Below, one piece after another: positions 10,857-20,469 of a DNA stretch of 58,139 nucleotides (its first letter is position 1; each line of letters starts with the position of its first letter). The translations under genes and the position numbers were made by a program. The notes beneath the pieces are model-generated. The model saw only the letters and a list, made by a program, of their open reading frames with translations, was not told the origin of the DNA and ran no database searches. The stretch comes from a virus, in IMG/VR virus record IMGVR_UViG_3300045988_055482, positions 1-58,139 of that record. One strand, 5' to 3'.

Positions 10857-11635
10857 TCTTTCCTTCTTCCAATGGTCAAATACATATTATCTGTGTAAAC
10901 CCTCTTACACAGTGATAGTGAACTTAAGGTTTGTAATGCCCATGTATTTATGAGCTTCACATAATACCTATCAATACTTGTTTGGTCTACTGTCCATTCT
11001 CGTACAATATAGTCTACTGATTTCTGCTTGAGAACAGCCCCTACAGCCAATCTATCCATATTAGCACACTCATCTAAAGTACCACAGTCATTCTGATAGG
11101 CAATAAAGATATTTAGGAAGTGACACATTGCATCATACACACAATCAGGTAGAGTTTCAGAGGTATAACCAGCTTCATAGTCAAGCACAAGTTTATACTC
11201 AGCTTCACACGAACAAGGGTCACAGCATTTACAGCAAGGACTTAGCTCATCAGTTACATTCACAAGGATTGTACCATCTACAAAAGACCAATTCCATTTA
11301 TCTGTACCTAGCTCATACTCTTCACGCTCAAGACCTTTTCTCTTGTGCATATACACCTTAAGTGTAGTGGGGTCAAAACCTTTCCAATAGTAAGGCTTAA
11401 CCTCCACCATAGCATCACACCCACAGAGGTGAAAACTCGTGAGTGGAATTACTTCATGTCTTAAGGCTCTTAGTATTGTCGAACATTCACCATCAGTCCA
11501 ACAGAGCAATCTAGCAAGGACACGGAGAAAGCTCTCCATGTACCTTTGCATAGTTGCACCATCATCACAGTCAAAACAACCACAACGTTCTTGAAGATTT
11601 TGAGTAATCTTAATTAGCTCAAGAGCTGGTTGCAT
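10850..11635 (-). CDS. Cys-rich head-completion/adaptor-position protein
   Basis: 261 aa directly after the capsid gene. Cys clusters RCGCFDCDD, HLCGCDA and SPCCKCCDPCSCEAEY. Confidence 0.55.
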   Translation of the reverse strand: MQPALELIKITQNLQERCGCFDCDDGATMQRYMESFLRVLARLLCWTDGECSTILRALRHEVIPLTSFHLCGCDAMVEVKPYYWKGFDPTTLKVYMHKRKGLEREEYELGTDKWNWSFVDGTILVNVTDELSPCCKCCDPCSCEAEYKLVLDYEAGYTSETLPDCVYDAMCHFLNIFIAYQNDCGTLDECANMDRLAVGAVLKQKSVDYIVREWTVDQTSIDRYYVKLINTWALQTLSSLSLCKRVYTDNMYLTIGRRKEC

Positions 11636-11646
11636 AACTTATCTCC

Positions 11647-12843
11647 TTATTTAGCAGGGATTGTAGCCATTGGGAATGGGTTAAGACCTGTAAGAAGACC
11701 TTGGATACGTTCAAATACCACAGCAGGGCAAGTTTGTTCAAGAGGAATGTTTGCCACAAGAAGGTGAGAGATATGTGAGTTAGTGTGTACCAAACCGAAG
11801 TTCTCATACTTGTCACAAATTGTTTCACATCCTTGACCAACTTGGTATTCAGTACCTTCTGTACGAACTGTGTGAATAGAAGATTGTGGTACAAACAAGT
11901 CATACTGAGTCAATGCTTCTACACGAGACAAGTCAATCACATAGGCTTCACCAGTCATTGTTTGCTCAAGGTCATAAGGCAAGTGGTAAGATACTCCAAA
12001 TGAAATACCTTTGAAGGTGATTGTTTCACCATTAACAGACCATCCTTGAGGAAGTTTACCATCTTTACCGGGAACAATTTCAGCTTTGATTCCACGAAGT
12101 GTAAGAGGGTGAACATAAATCTTATAGCGTGCTGATTGGTTATCCAATACATCAAGGTAGCAAGCAACTTGACGGAAAGCACCAATAACTGAACCAGAAG
12201 CATCAATAGGTGTTACACCCGGATGAGACATCATTTCAGCCACACCAGCAAACGGACGGAGACCTTGACCCTTGAAGTTAAGCATACCTTGAACAATGTG
12301 ACGTTGCACAATGAAGGCAAATGTGTACCAAGCCATGAATTGCTCAGCTTCTTCATAAGACATACCCAAACGTTGGAAGATGTTGATAAGGTCTCCTTGT
12401 TTGAAGTGCATCTTATCTTTCATCAAACGGTCAAGACGGTTTTCACAGTCCTTGAAGCAGAGGTAACGTACAGGAGTAGCATCACCAGTAGCTTGCATAG
12501 TAAATTTCTCAGTGAAACAGCATGAATCTGAATTATCTTTAGAGAAGTCTGGAGCTTTAGTTCCCCAAGTAAGACCTTCCATAATCCAGTCACCATTCTT
12601 AGCTTGTCTCAAAGCACCAAAGCTAGATTGCTCAAAGCGTTTAAGAATATCATTTACAAGCTCATCGCCCATACCAACTTCACGAAGAGAAGGTACAGCT
12701 TTTGACCAGTCACGAGAGATTCCAAAAGGAAGTTTACCATCTGTGTTAGACAAGTTCTCTGTTTTACCCAACTGAGCAACAGTTTGCTCATGGAGAGTAT
12801 CAATAGCTTCGCCTAACAAAATATCAAAATTTGTTGTACTCAA
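11647..12843 (-). CDS. Major capsid protein
   Basis: About 398 aa, directly after the protease/scaffold gene. I prefer a TTG start at 12843-12841, 7 nt after GGAGGA (12856-12851) and just past the upstream stop, over the track ATG at 12873. Confidence 0.65.
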   Translation of the reverse strand: MSTTNFDILLGEAIDTLHEQTVAQLGKTENLSNTDGKLPFGISRDWSKAVPSLREVGMGDELVNDILKRFEQSSFGALRQAKNGDWIMEGLTWGTKAPDFSKDNSDSCCFTEKFTMQATGDATPVRYLCFKDCENRLDRLMKDKMHFKQGDLINIFQRLGMSYEEAEQFMAWYTFAFIVQRHIVQGMLNFKGQGLRPFAGVAEMMSHPGVTPIDASGSVIGAFRQVACYLDVLDNQSARYKIYVHPLTLRGIKAEIVPGKDGKLPQGWSVNGETITFKGISFGVSYHLPYDLEQTMTGEAYVIDLSRVEALTQYDLFVPQSSIHTVRTEGTEYQVGQGCETICDKYENFGLVHTNSHISHLLVANIPLEQTCPAVVFERIQGLLTGLNPFPMATIPAK

Positions 12844-12844
12844 T

Positions 12845-13948
12845 TTATTGTCCTCCAAAACGAACTCGTCCAAAACGGTTCATTGGTTTTTCTTCTGTTT
12901 TAGTAGCTTTTTCTACAGTAGGGTTCGCTTTTTCAAGAATTTGGGATAGCTTAACAAGTTGCTCATCCAATTCAGATTCTCCTGCTTCTTTCTCAGCAAG
13001 TTTAGCTTTCAACTCATCTCTTTCCTTGATAAGACTTTCTTTCTCTGTAGTAAGCTGTTCAATAGCTTCAATAGCCTTTTCTAGCGCTGTAGGTTCACCC
13101 TTAGTCTCAACTACTTCTTCTGTAGCTTCCTCTGTAGCTGCTTCTTCAACAACTTCTTCAACAGTATCTACTACTTCCTCTTGAGTTACTTCTTCTGTTG
13201 TAACTTCCTCTGAAGTAGCTTCTTGTGTTCCTGCTGAAAGGTGAGCAAGCACTTTATCTAGCATTTCTTTTCTATTCAAGTGTTCTTCCTCATTTCGTTT
13301 AAGTAGTGAAGGCTCATACCCACCACTTTTAGCATTTCCGGGATTTCCCACAAAAGAGAATCCCATTAGTTCAATGTTGTCTGTGATAGGCACATCAACA
13401 CTTCCACCCTGCTCAACATTGTATACCACAAGTTTAGCATATTCCTCAATGTCATCATCTGTAAAATCTTTATCATACCACATGAACTCTGATGAAATAG
13501 CAAAAGGTTCATCTTGTAGAATAAGGTCTTTGACATTACTTAGTTCTAAATTCACATGAGGTTTAACTAGTAAGTCATATCTTCCAGATTCATCTTTTAC
13601 AAGTTTAAGGTCTGACTTCTTAAAATAACCTTCTCTCACAGGATAGGCATTAAGGTCTCTATGACCTGTAGATACATATCCCTCAAAAGTACCATCAATA
13701 CTGTCATACCACTTCTTGAGTGTACCCTTACAGATGTATAGTCTTATGGTGTTGTCTTGATATAGTATAGAACCTTCTGAAAGGAGAGTCATATACCCAT
13801 CATTGTTGTCTATTCTTTTCACAGACAATCTTTCAGCCTCTTTACTAGACTTAGTTAGATTCATCACAGAGTCTAAACTATCTTTTCTCTCCATATAGTT
13901 ATGGATTTCATCCATAATTCTCTCTGCAATCTGTGTCTTAATAGGCAT
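12845..13948 (-). CDS. Prohead protease / scaffold-like fusion protein
   Basis: 367 aa. The N-terminal half has protease-like segments (STGHRDL, LMGFSFVGNPGNAKSG). The C-terminal half is an acidic coiled coil (EEVTTEEVTQEEVV..., KESLIKERDELKAKLAEKEAGESELDEQL). Confidence 0.5.
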   Translation of the reverse strand: MPIKTQIAERIMDEIHNYMERKDSLDSVMNLTKSSKEAERLSVKRIDNNDGYMTLLSEGSILYQDNTIRLYICKGTLKKWYDSIDGTFEGYVSTGHRDLNAYPVREGYFKKSDLKLVKDESGRYDLLVKPHVNLELSNVKDLILQDEPFAISSEFMWYDKDFTDDDIEEYAKLVVYNVEQGGSVDVPITDNIELMGFSFVGNPGNAKSGGYEPSLLKRNEEEHLNRKEMLDKVLAHLSAGTQEATSEEVTTEEVTQEEVVDTVEEVVEEAATEEATEEVVETKGEPTALEKAIEAIEQLTTEKESLIKERDELKAKLAEKEAGESELDEQLVKLSQILEKANPTVEKATKTEEKPMNRFGRVRFGGQ

Positions 13949-14274
13949 TATTCAACAACCTCAAACAAATTATATTTTAGTTTTCTCACCTTCTTACCAC
14001 CACAAGAGGCACAGTATGAATACTCATACTTAACATTGTCTCTCTTAAGACCTGCTTCTGCTTCTGGTGTGAAAGGTAATTCCTCTGTAGCTTCCTTAAG
14101 ACTACCAAGGAGAACTTGGTCAGCAGTTTCATACCAACCTTCGCTCTCTTGGTTATTGTCAGGGTAAAATTCAAAAAACTTACGCTTATTCTGAATAATA
14201 CCTCCATCTGTTAGGAAGTTTACACGAACTACTAGGTCACGTTGGAGAAAGCGAGATACTCTAAACTTACTCAT
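13948..14274 (-). CDS. Hypothetical late protein
   Basis: 108-aa ORF, coupled on both sides. Carries a C-terminal CASCGG motif. Confidence 0.55.
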   Translation of the reverse strand: MSKFRVSRFLQRDLVVRVNFLTDGGIIQNKRKFFEFYPDNNQESEGWYETADQVLLGSLKEATEELPFTPEAEAGLKRDNVKYEYSYCASCGGKKVRKLKYNLFEVVE

Positions 14275-14401
14275 CTTCTGTTACCTTGACATCAGTGCCC
14301 TCAGTAATTTTAGATACTTCTTCTACTTCATATCCAAATTGCTTAGCACGGACTTCTCTAAGGTGTTCTGCGTAAGTTTTTCCAGTCTCTTTAACTTCCA
14401 T
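14267..14401 (-). CDS. Unlisted 44-aa ORF (MEVKETGKTYAEHLREVRAKQFGYEVEEVSKITEGTDVKVTEDE)
   Basis: Below the ORF-track cutoff. Its ATG overlaps the upstream stop (TAATG at 14403-14399) and its end overlaps the next start (ATGAGTAA). It fills an otherwise empty 126-nt gap. Confidence 0.5.
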   Translation of the reverse strand: MEVKETGKTYAEHLREVRAKQFGYEVEEVSKITEGTDVKVTEDE

Positions 14402-14685
14402 TATTTATCTCCAGCGTATGTGATAGGGAAGCCATAGCAATCCAATTCAGTATCCTTGAGGGTTACTTCCTTAGTAGTATAATTAAACTCATACTTATCG
14501 CCACAGCAGTAAGTAAATGACTTGAATTTCTTCTCAGCCACGTCAAAGTATTGAACCTGTTCTTGACCAACAACTACTTTACGTACTTGTGCCAAAATTG
14601 TTTCAGCTAGAGGTGAAGTAAATGTTTTAGCTTCTCCACCGACTGTAACAGTAAGATTCATTACTGGAACTTTAATTGTAGCCAT
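14401..14685 (-). CDS. Hypothetical small, probably abundant late protein
   Basis: 94-aa ORF with AAAGGAG RBS, directly downstream of a promoter-like element. Confidence 0.6.
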   Translation of the reverse strand: MATIKVPVMNLTVTVGGEAKTFTSPLAETILAQVRKVVVGQEQVQYFDVAEKKFKSFTYCCGDKYEFNYTTKEVTLKDTELDCYGFPITYAGDK

Positions 14686-14718
14686 GTAGGTACTCCTTTC
14701 ATTGAATGTTCTATATTT

Positions 14719-14746
14719 AGTATAACAAAAAAAGAGAGTTTATCAA
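14719..14746 (-). promoter_or_regulatory. Promoter-like element overlapping the terminator (TTGATA-16-TGtTATACT)
   Basis: Minus strand: ttgataaactctctttttttgttatact. The -35 lies in the terminator hairpin. Confidence 0.35.
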
Positions 14747-14751
14747 CTCTC
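14727..14751 (-). terminator. Rho-independent terminator inside the late arm
   Basis: Minus strand reads gagagtt-gata-aactctc followed by TTTTTTT. Confidence 0.6.
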
Positions 14752-14762
14752 ATGTCAAAAAG

Positions 14763-15335
14763 TTAGAATGTAATCTTTTCAATAACTTTTGCAGTACCAT
14801 TTTCCAAACGATACTTATTAATCAACTCCATAATTTCTTCCATAGCAGAAGTATCAAAAGTTGTATCAAAGTCATTTAGGAACTCATCCTCTTTAACGTG
14901 TACAATCCCACGAACCTCTGGTTTATTTTTTGCACCTTTACCAACTACATAGCCCACTACATAATTAGCATAAATGTGTCCAGAAGATTGTTCCATCAAT
15001 GCACGTTGGTCTACTACAAAGGTATATACTTTTTCCTCATCACCATTATCCAATGTTTGTGTTGAAACCTTAACACGATTGTCAAAAGCTACATCCACAT
15101 TCACAGCATATGATGTACGTGGTGTTCTAAGCATATTACCACTTGCACCAAAAGTAGGTACTTTTTGCGCTACATTCATTGTACCACCATTGATAAGTAC
15201 CTCTGCATCAAGGTCAGTAACCTCAGCATATTTTCTCAATGTGTATACAGGTTTTCCCGAACGTACATATTCAGGTGTAATCTTGCTTCTCTTCTCATCC
15301 AAGAATCCCAACACATCATTGATAATATTAGTCAT
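14763..15335 (-). CDS. Hypothetical late protein
   Basis: 190-aa ORF followed by a terminator. Confidence 0.6.
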   Translation of the reverse strand: MTNIINDVLGFLDEKRSKITPEYVRSGKPVYTLRKYAEVTDLDAEVLINGGTMNVAQKVPTFGASGNMLRTPRTSYAVNVDVAFDNRVKVSTQTLDNGDEEKVYTFVVDQRALMEQSSGHIYANYVVGYVVGKGAKNKPEVRGIVHVKEDEFLNDFDTTFDTSAMEEIMELINKYRLENGTAKVIEKITF

Positions 15336-15747
15336 TTAGTTTTCCTCCACTACGGTACATAGCTCTAAGACCATCTTTGCTTTCTTCTAGGTTAGCTTTC
15401 TGTTTCTCTACAGATAGTATCTCATAAACATAAGGAGAAGGCTTACCATAATCAGTTACATACTTACCTTGGGTTTCAGCATCCATATTTAGGTAATCGT
15501 TGTAAGAACTGAATGCTTTCTCATTCATTAGCCTTGCATATAGTACAGTAACATCAGGATAATACATTTTATCCATAATGTACTCATACTGCATACCATA
15601 CTCCTTACACAGAGTTAATGTCATTTCTTCTACATCATCTAGTTGTATAATTACAGCATCCTCATAAGCTAATCCTTTGTACTCATCCTTAGGCTTAATC
15701 TTACCCTGAATAACTGCCCAATTATACCTAACTAGATAACTAATCAA
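15328..15747 (-). CDS. Hypothetical late protein
   Basis: 139-aa ORF with overlapping starts and stops. Confidence 0.6.
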   Translation of the reverse strand: MISYLVRYNWAVIQGKIKPKDEYKGLAYEDAVIIQLDDVEEMTLTLCKEYGMQYEYIMDKMYYPDVTVLYARLMNEKAFSSYNDYLNMDAETQGKYVTDYGKPSPYVYEILSVEKQKANLEESKDGLRAMYRSGGKLND

Positions 15748-16285
15748 TTTGAAAAAATGAAGGATTATTTCTTAGTATATCTCCACAAGCATTAATCAAG
15801 GACATATCAGTAATGTACTCAGCTAAGTGTGAAGGCATCCCTAGAACCTCTACTACCATTTTCTCACAAGCATCAATGACATCATCATCAAACAATTCAT
15901 AGAGCTTAAACAAATCCTCTGGTGTGTATACTTCTGTACTTCCATCTTCTTTAAACTCAGTAAAGGCAATAGAAATCACAGAGGCATAATTACGAACCTT
16001 ACGAGCAATTCGAGGAGTGATGTACTTCTCTTTTGCTGTAATTTGCTGTACATAGGCTTTACCATCTTGTACAATTTCAGCACCCTCTGGAGCTTTACCA
16101 ATAATTGGCAACCACAGTGTCAATACATAGTCTTTAGGGGAAATACTTCCTACCTTTGTGCTATCCCCATTTAGCACAGAGTGTGTTTGTGTCTGAATAG
16201 CCACAGGTGCATCTGATTGGACTGCTTCTTGATGGCTTTCTTGTAATTTAGCCAGCTCATCAATGGTAAGAATCTTTGTGCTCAT
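15740..16285 (-). CDS. Hypothetical late protein
   Basis: 181-aa ORF downstream of the portal gene. Confidence 0.6.
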   Translation of the reverse strand: MSTKILTIDELAKLQESHQEAVQSDAPVAIQTQTHSVLNGDSTKVGSISPKDYVLTLWLPIIGKAPEGAEIVQDGKAYVQQITAKEKYITPRIARKVRNYASVISIAFTEFKEDGSTEVYTPEDLFKLYELFDDDVIDACEKMVVEVLGMPSHLAEYITDMSLINACGDILRNNPSFFQID

Positions 16286-16293
16286 TATATCTC

Positions 16294-17637
16294 CTATACA
16301 ATTAAATTTTTCTTCAAGTAGGCTTCTGCCATATTATCATCAATGTTCTTAAGTCTTTCATACACATCAAGGATATAAGTATCATTTTTGTAGTTATAAC
16401 TATTAGTGAACTCATAGCTATCAAACTTAATGTGTTCTGATAAACCAGTAGCATTCTGCAATAGTAGGACAATCTGACCTAAGAAATGGTCACGCATTGG
16501 TATAATAGTATTCTTCATTGCATTATCAATGATACTATATGTACCAATATTTGATACAGTCTTATTAAGGTCAAACAGTCTTGCAGGTACACCAAACATT
16601 TGACATACTATAGCAGGAACATATTGAGACAAGAAATCTAGGAAGTCTGTAGCCTTTGTATCACGCTCTAATTGCTCAAGATTTTGGAAGTTACCTGAAT
16701 ACACAATAGCATCATTAAACTCTGTTTCAGAGAGTTTCTCAGCAAAGGCATTCATATCCTCAATAATCTTCTTAGTACGCTCTTCCTTAGCTGTTCTTCC
16801 CATATCAAGCAACTCACCACCACTAAAGGCTGTTCCTTGCTCTACACTTTCCTCAATTTGCTCTTCAAGGGTATCCTTAGCTTGTAGGGCAATAGTACCA
16901 ATACCATTCCGTGAAATATCATAGTTCATACGGTTAAGTATGTTCAAGATAAGCTCTACACGTTTACGGTCTTTAAGCAAAGGAGATGCACAGAATACTT
17001 GAGAGGTATCTAGCCTTACACAAGCGAACTGTTCCTCTGTAACAACCATTACCTCATTCTCATAATCTTTAGGATTCTTGAAAATTTTTTGAATGTCATC
17101 CTCTGAGTAGTCACTAGCTACCCTTGGATTACCTGTTTTACGGTCATAAGGTGTTTGGTATATATTATTGTTCTTGATTAAGTAGGTCAATGTCTGTCTA
17201 ATTACAGGCATCTTAGGGTAATCAATAACACAAGCTAGAATATCTTTTGGATGCACTCCTACAAGACCTTCACCTGTATTAAGAAGACCATAATAACCAT
17301 ACTTTCTATAACCTTTAGCTACTTGCTTTAACACATCATAGTTGCGTTGACCATTAAAATTGTGACTATACAGATAGCTTCTTAGAGAATCATCTTTTTT
17401 AAAGTTATCTGTAGTAAGGTTATTAGTGAACATGTAGTTCACAATGTTATCTAAGATATAATCAACATCAGGTAAGTCAAGAGCTAACCTCTCAACATCC
17501 TCTAGCGTCTCATTGATTGGTGTTCCTCTAAACCCTGAACTTTGGAAAACTAACCTGTCCTTGTATTCAGCATTAAAGTACCTATCCATAGCACAAGAGC
17601 CACCACAGTCATCTTTATGACATTTTCCACAGCTCAT
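16294..17637 (-). CDS. Portal protein (with an N-terminal Cys knuckle MSCGKCHKDDCGGSC)
   Basis: 447 aa immediately after the large terminase with a 1-nt overlap. Call rests on size and position. Confidence 0.65.
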   Translation of the reverse strand: MSCGKCHKDDCGGSCAMDRYFNAEYKDRLVFQSSGFRGTPINETLEDVERLALDLPDVDYILDNIVNYMFTNNLTTDNFKKDDSLRSYLYSHNFNGQRNYDVLKQVAKGYRKYGYYGLLNTGEGLVGVHPKDILACVIDYPKMPVIRQTLTYLIKNNNIYQTPYDRKTGNPRVASDYSEDDIQKIFKNPKDYENEVMVVTEEQFACVRLDTSQVFCASPLLKDRKRVELILNILNRMNYDISRNGIGTIALQAKDTLEEQIEESVEQGTAFSGGELLDMGRTAKEERTKKIIEDMNAFAEKLSETEFNDAIVYSGNFQNLEQLERDTKATDFLDFLSQYVPAIVCQMFGVPARLFDLNKTVSNIGTYSIIDNAMKNTIIPMRDHFLGQIVLLLQNATGLSEHIKFDSYEFTNSYNYKNDTYILDVYERLKNIDDNMAEAYLKKNLIV

Positions 17638-19277
17638 TAAGAACCTCCAAGGTAGAATAATTCAGCCACATGAAGTGATAGAAGTACACTATCTAGTTCA
17701 TCTGGTGAGTGTTTTAGCAATTTCTTGATTTCAGATTTAGGACGAATCTTAACAAGTCTTTCCTCTGGTCTCTGCACCTCAGAAACAAAGGACATTTGGC
17801 GACTTATTGCATCCCATACTTTTCTTACAAATGTTACCCTTTGAGCTTCCATCATACCCCTTAACATTAAGTGCATTTCAGCACGTCTATTAGAAGCATA
17901 TTCAGCACTTGGGTCTTTAGCTATTACTTTAATCTCTGTAGGCTTACCGCCAAAGTTTATATCATACACAGGACATTTTAGTTGCCCACTTAACCTTCTC
18001 ATCTTCAAAGGCTGTACAATATGTGCTCCACCCCCAGAGTCAATTCCTATAGCTTTAGCATTAAGCCTATTAGCTATTGTGACAATCTTATTAACCACCT
18101 CAATAGCAGTTATACCATCAATCCACTCAGCAGGCTTAATATCCTGTGAATCTATCACAGTAAAATGATTCTTCTCATCAACAACAGATACAGTAACTTG
18201 AATGCTATCTGAACCCTTATAAGCACTATCCACACCAATAAAGTAATCTAGTTGTTTACCTACATGGTCAAAGCTATCTGAAATATCAGGGGATGAATCA
18301 AAGAATGATGAACGCTCTGTAGGAAATTCACACAATAGATTTTCTCTAATTGAGTCCTCTGTGATAGTGAACTGTGACCTCATAAGCTGTTCTTTAGTAT
18401 ACTTGATACTACCTTCTTCCATAGCTGTAACAACATCCAACCACATAACAAATTCATCATCTGCTAGGTCTTCATTTGTCATAAAGTCATAGAAGTTATT
18501 CAAAGAACGTGGGTTAGAGATTAGATACATAATGAGTTTACGACCATCATCTGATTCAAACTCTCTACGACCCATGTGACCAAGAGCAATAGGGGAAATA
18601 TCTGATGCTTCATCACCAAACATATTACCACCTCTACCAATGACATGTATTTTAGATGGGTCTGTAAAGTTAGAACCTGCTGACAATCCCTCTAGCTTAC
18701 CACCATTCCTAAATGAGAACCCCTCGCTAGAGAATGATGACAAACCTCTCTTCAAACGTTTATCCACAGCGGTTACATCCTTCTCATCAAAGGATAGCAT
18801 AGCCTTTACATCAGGGTGAGAGTTTACAAGAATCTCTCTTGCATGTTGAATGATAATACCAGAATACTCTTGTGTAGAACCTACAGCATAGCAATTATCA
18901 CCATCATAGGCAAAGTGATTAGACATAATACCACAGAGGAAAGATTTACCATAACGAGGAGTTGCTACACAGTAACCTGTTTTATACTTGCCACTAAGAA
19001 AAGCTCCAAATTGTACTGCTTGTGACCACCATAGCTCTATATTGAACTCTGATAGGGCTGTAGTGAACCCTAGCTTGTAATATTCTAGCTCTTTCTCAAA
19101 ACCTTCTCTTTCTCTGATAGTGTTACGCTTAAAGTGCTTAGGTATCTTACCCTTAACAGCATCTCTAAGCTCATCTTGAGGAGTTACTTGGTCTAGTAGA
19201 ATTGATAGCTTTTCTTTGTTTGATAATACCTTACGCTTTTGAGTAAGTAACCCAACATCTGCATCTTGGATGTGCAT
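17637..19277 (-). CDS. terL: Terminase large subunit
   Basis: Walker A ATPRYGKS and Walker B-like MFGDEASD, with a nuclease-like C-terminal half. I prefer the ATG at 19277, 8 nt after GGAGGAG, over the track start at 19322. Confidence 0.85.
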   Translation of the reverse strand: MHIQDADVGLLTQKRKVLSNKEKLSILLDQVTPQDELRDAVKGKIPKHFKRNTIREREGFEKELEYYKLGFTTALSEFNIELWWSQAVQFGAFLSGKYKTGYCVATPRYGKSFLCGIMSNHFAYDGDNCYAVGSTQEYSGIIIQHAREILVNSHPDVKAMLSFDEKDVTAVDKRLKRGLSSFSSEGFSFRNGGKLEGLSAGSNFTDPSKIHVIGRGGNMFGDEASDISPIALGHMGRREFESDDGRKLIMYLISNPRSLNNFYDFMTNEDLADDEFVMWLDVVTAMEEGSIKYTKEQLMRSQFTITEDSIRENLLCEFPTERSSFFDSSPDISDSFDHVGKQLDYFIGVDSAYKGSDSIQVTVSVVDEKNHFTVIDSQDIKPAEWIDGITAIEVVNKIVTIANRLNAKAIGIDSGGGAHIVQPLKMRRLSGQLKCPVYDINFGGKPTEIKVIAKDPSAEYASNRRAEMHLMLRGMMEAQRVTFVRKVWDAISRQMSFVSEVQRPEERLVKIRPKSEIKKLLKHSPDELDSVLLSLHVAELFYLGGS

Positions 19278-19911
19278 AAACAATATCTCCTCCAGTGTAA
19301 CTAAAGTCTTCCTCAATTCCAACAGAAGGTGCTACATTGGAGAAACTCTCCGTTACTGGAATTGTTGTACCATTCATAGCTAGACATATAGGGCATGTGT
19401 GTGAATCCCCTACACAGTTCCAAGTCTTTAAAATACTATTCTCTGTGATGATTTCAAATAGCTTAGCACTCTCTACAGAGGCTTTCTCAATACCCATTTG
19501 AATTTCACTTAAGGCAAGCCTTTCAAGATTACTCCTGAAGTCCTTAATAATATCTTCTAGCTTCACAGTATCCACAGAATCAATAACTTTTGCTCTTAGG
19601 TCTTGTGCATGAGCTTCAAGTATCTCCTTAAGCCTACCAAAGTTGCTTCTTGCAAAAGCTGAGGTATTAACACCATTTCTAAGCTCAATAACCTCTTCTG
19701 GCATTAGGTCAACACCTAAAGCATCCAAGATATAGTCAATTTCACCAAGGAACACCTCAGAGTACATATCCACAAGATAGCCAATCAAAGCATTCTCAGC
19801 ACTTTCATAATCACCCATATTAACCACAGAGATTACAAAGCCCTCAAGTAGCTCTGTTATCTCAGCATAGTGCTTTTCAAACAAATCCTCTCTAGGGCTA
19901 TGTGATGCCAT
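19231..19911 (-). CDS. Head morphogenesis protein (SPP1 gp7 / Mu F-like)
   Basis: C-terminal signature WNCVGDSHTCPICLAMNG...YAHPRCRCW. Confidence 0.7.
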   Translation of the reverse strand: MASHSPREDLFEKHYAEITELLEGFVISVVNMGDYESAENALIGYLVDMYSEVFLGEIDYILDALGVDLMPEEVIELRNGVNTSAFARSNFGRLKEILEAHAQDLRAKVIDSVDTVKLEDIIKDFRSNLERLALSEIQMGIEKASVESAKLFEIITENSILKTWNCVGDSHTCPICLAMNGTTIPVTESFSNVAPSVGIEEDFSYTGGDIVYAHPRCRCWVTYSKA

Positions 19912-20270
19912 TATTTCTCTCCAAAAAGTTCATCTAGCTTAGCTTTAGTGTAGTTCTTAAGCTCATCAATACCATCTTTGGTATCGTGATTCACATTCAC
20001 AGTAGTCTGAGTAGCCTTACCTTCAATACGGTCAGCCCATTCTTTACGCTCATAGCTATCCTCAAACGAAGCCATAATCTGCAACATAGCATTTCTAGCC
20101 ACAGGAGTACAAGGAGGAATTTGTGAATACACTTCAAATCCTACTTCACTAAGCAGTGTCTCATCAACATCAATAAGACCCCAACGCATTTGGTAAAGAG
20201 TGAGTGACTTTTCATCAAGCAAACTCAATTCTCTCATAGTCTCTGAATATAGTTTAGATTTTGTAGCCAT
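19911..20270 (-). CDS. Hypothetical protein, possible small terminase
   Basis: 119-aa ORF, the first protein gene after the tRNA cluster. Position only. Confidence 0.3.
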   Translation of the reverse strand: MATKSKLYSETMRELSLLDEKSLTLYQMRWGLIDVDETLLSEVGFEVYSQIPPCTPVARNAMLQIMASFEDSYERKEWADRIEGKATQTTVNVNHDTKDGIDELKNYTKAKLDELFGEK

Positions 20271-20296
20271 TATCTTTACCTTTCCAATAAATCAAA

Positions 20297-20369
20297 TACA
20301 CCCTCCAAGACTTGAACTCGGAGTATAGGAGTAGAAATCCTATGTGTTATCCAGTTACACCAAGGGTGC
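20297..20369 (-). tRNA. tRNA-Arg (anticodon UCU)
   Basis: Hand-folded 73-nt cloverleaf: GCACCCT TG GTGT AACTGGATA ACAC A TAGGA TTTCTAC TCCTA TACT CCGAG TTCAAGT CTTGG AGGGTGT A. There is a G1-U72 wobble. Confidence 0.8.
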
Positions 20370-20426
20370 ATATGGTGGGTATAACCACCATTTAGTATTC
20401 ACAGAAATGTGATACCTATCAACCAA

Positions 20427-20467
20427 AGTCCCCAGTCGGATTTGAACCAACGAATTATCCAAACACA
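20427..20467 (-). other. 3' half of a split tRNA-like gene (anticodon-stem 3' strand, variable loop, T arm, acceptor 3' strand, discriminator)
   Basis: Minus strand: tgtgtt TGGAT AATTC GTTGG TTCAAAT CCGAC TGGGGAC T. It begins 2 nt after tRNA-Cys. Its acceptor strand pairs 7/7 (one G-U) with the 5' half at 21287. Confidence 0.65.
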
Positions 20468-20469
20468 TA

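Noticed and set aside
11619-12775. ORFs 11619..11903, 11785..12003, 11955..12206, 12223..12525 and 12512..12775, which overlap the capsid gene
   Set aside because: They sit in alternative frames or antisense within a well-supported 1.2-kb gene, and no independent signals support them.
20370-20469. A third complete tRNA between tRNA-Arg and tRNA-Cys
   Set aside because: Only a T arm, acceptor 3' strand and half an anticodon stem are present here. The matching 5' part lies 0.8 kb away (see the split-tRNA finding).
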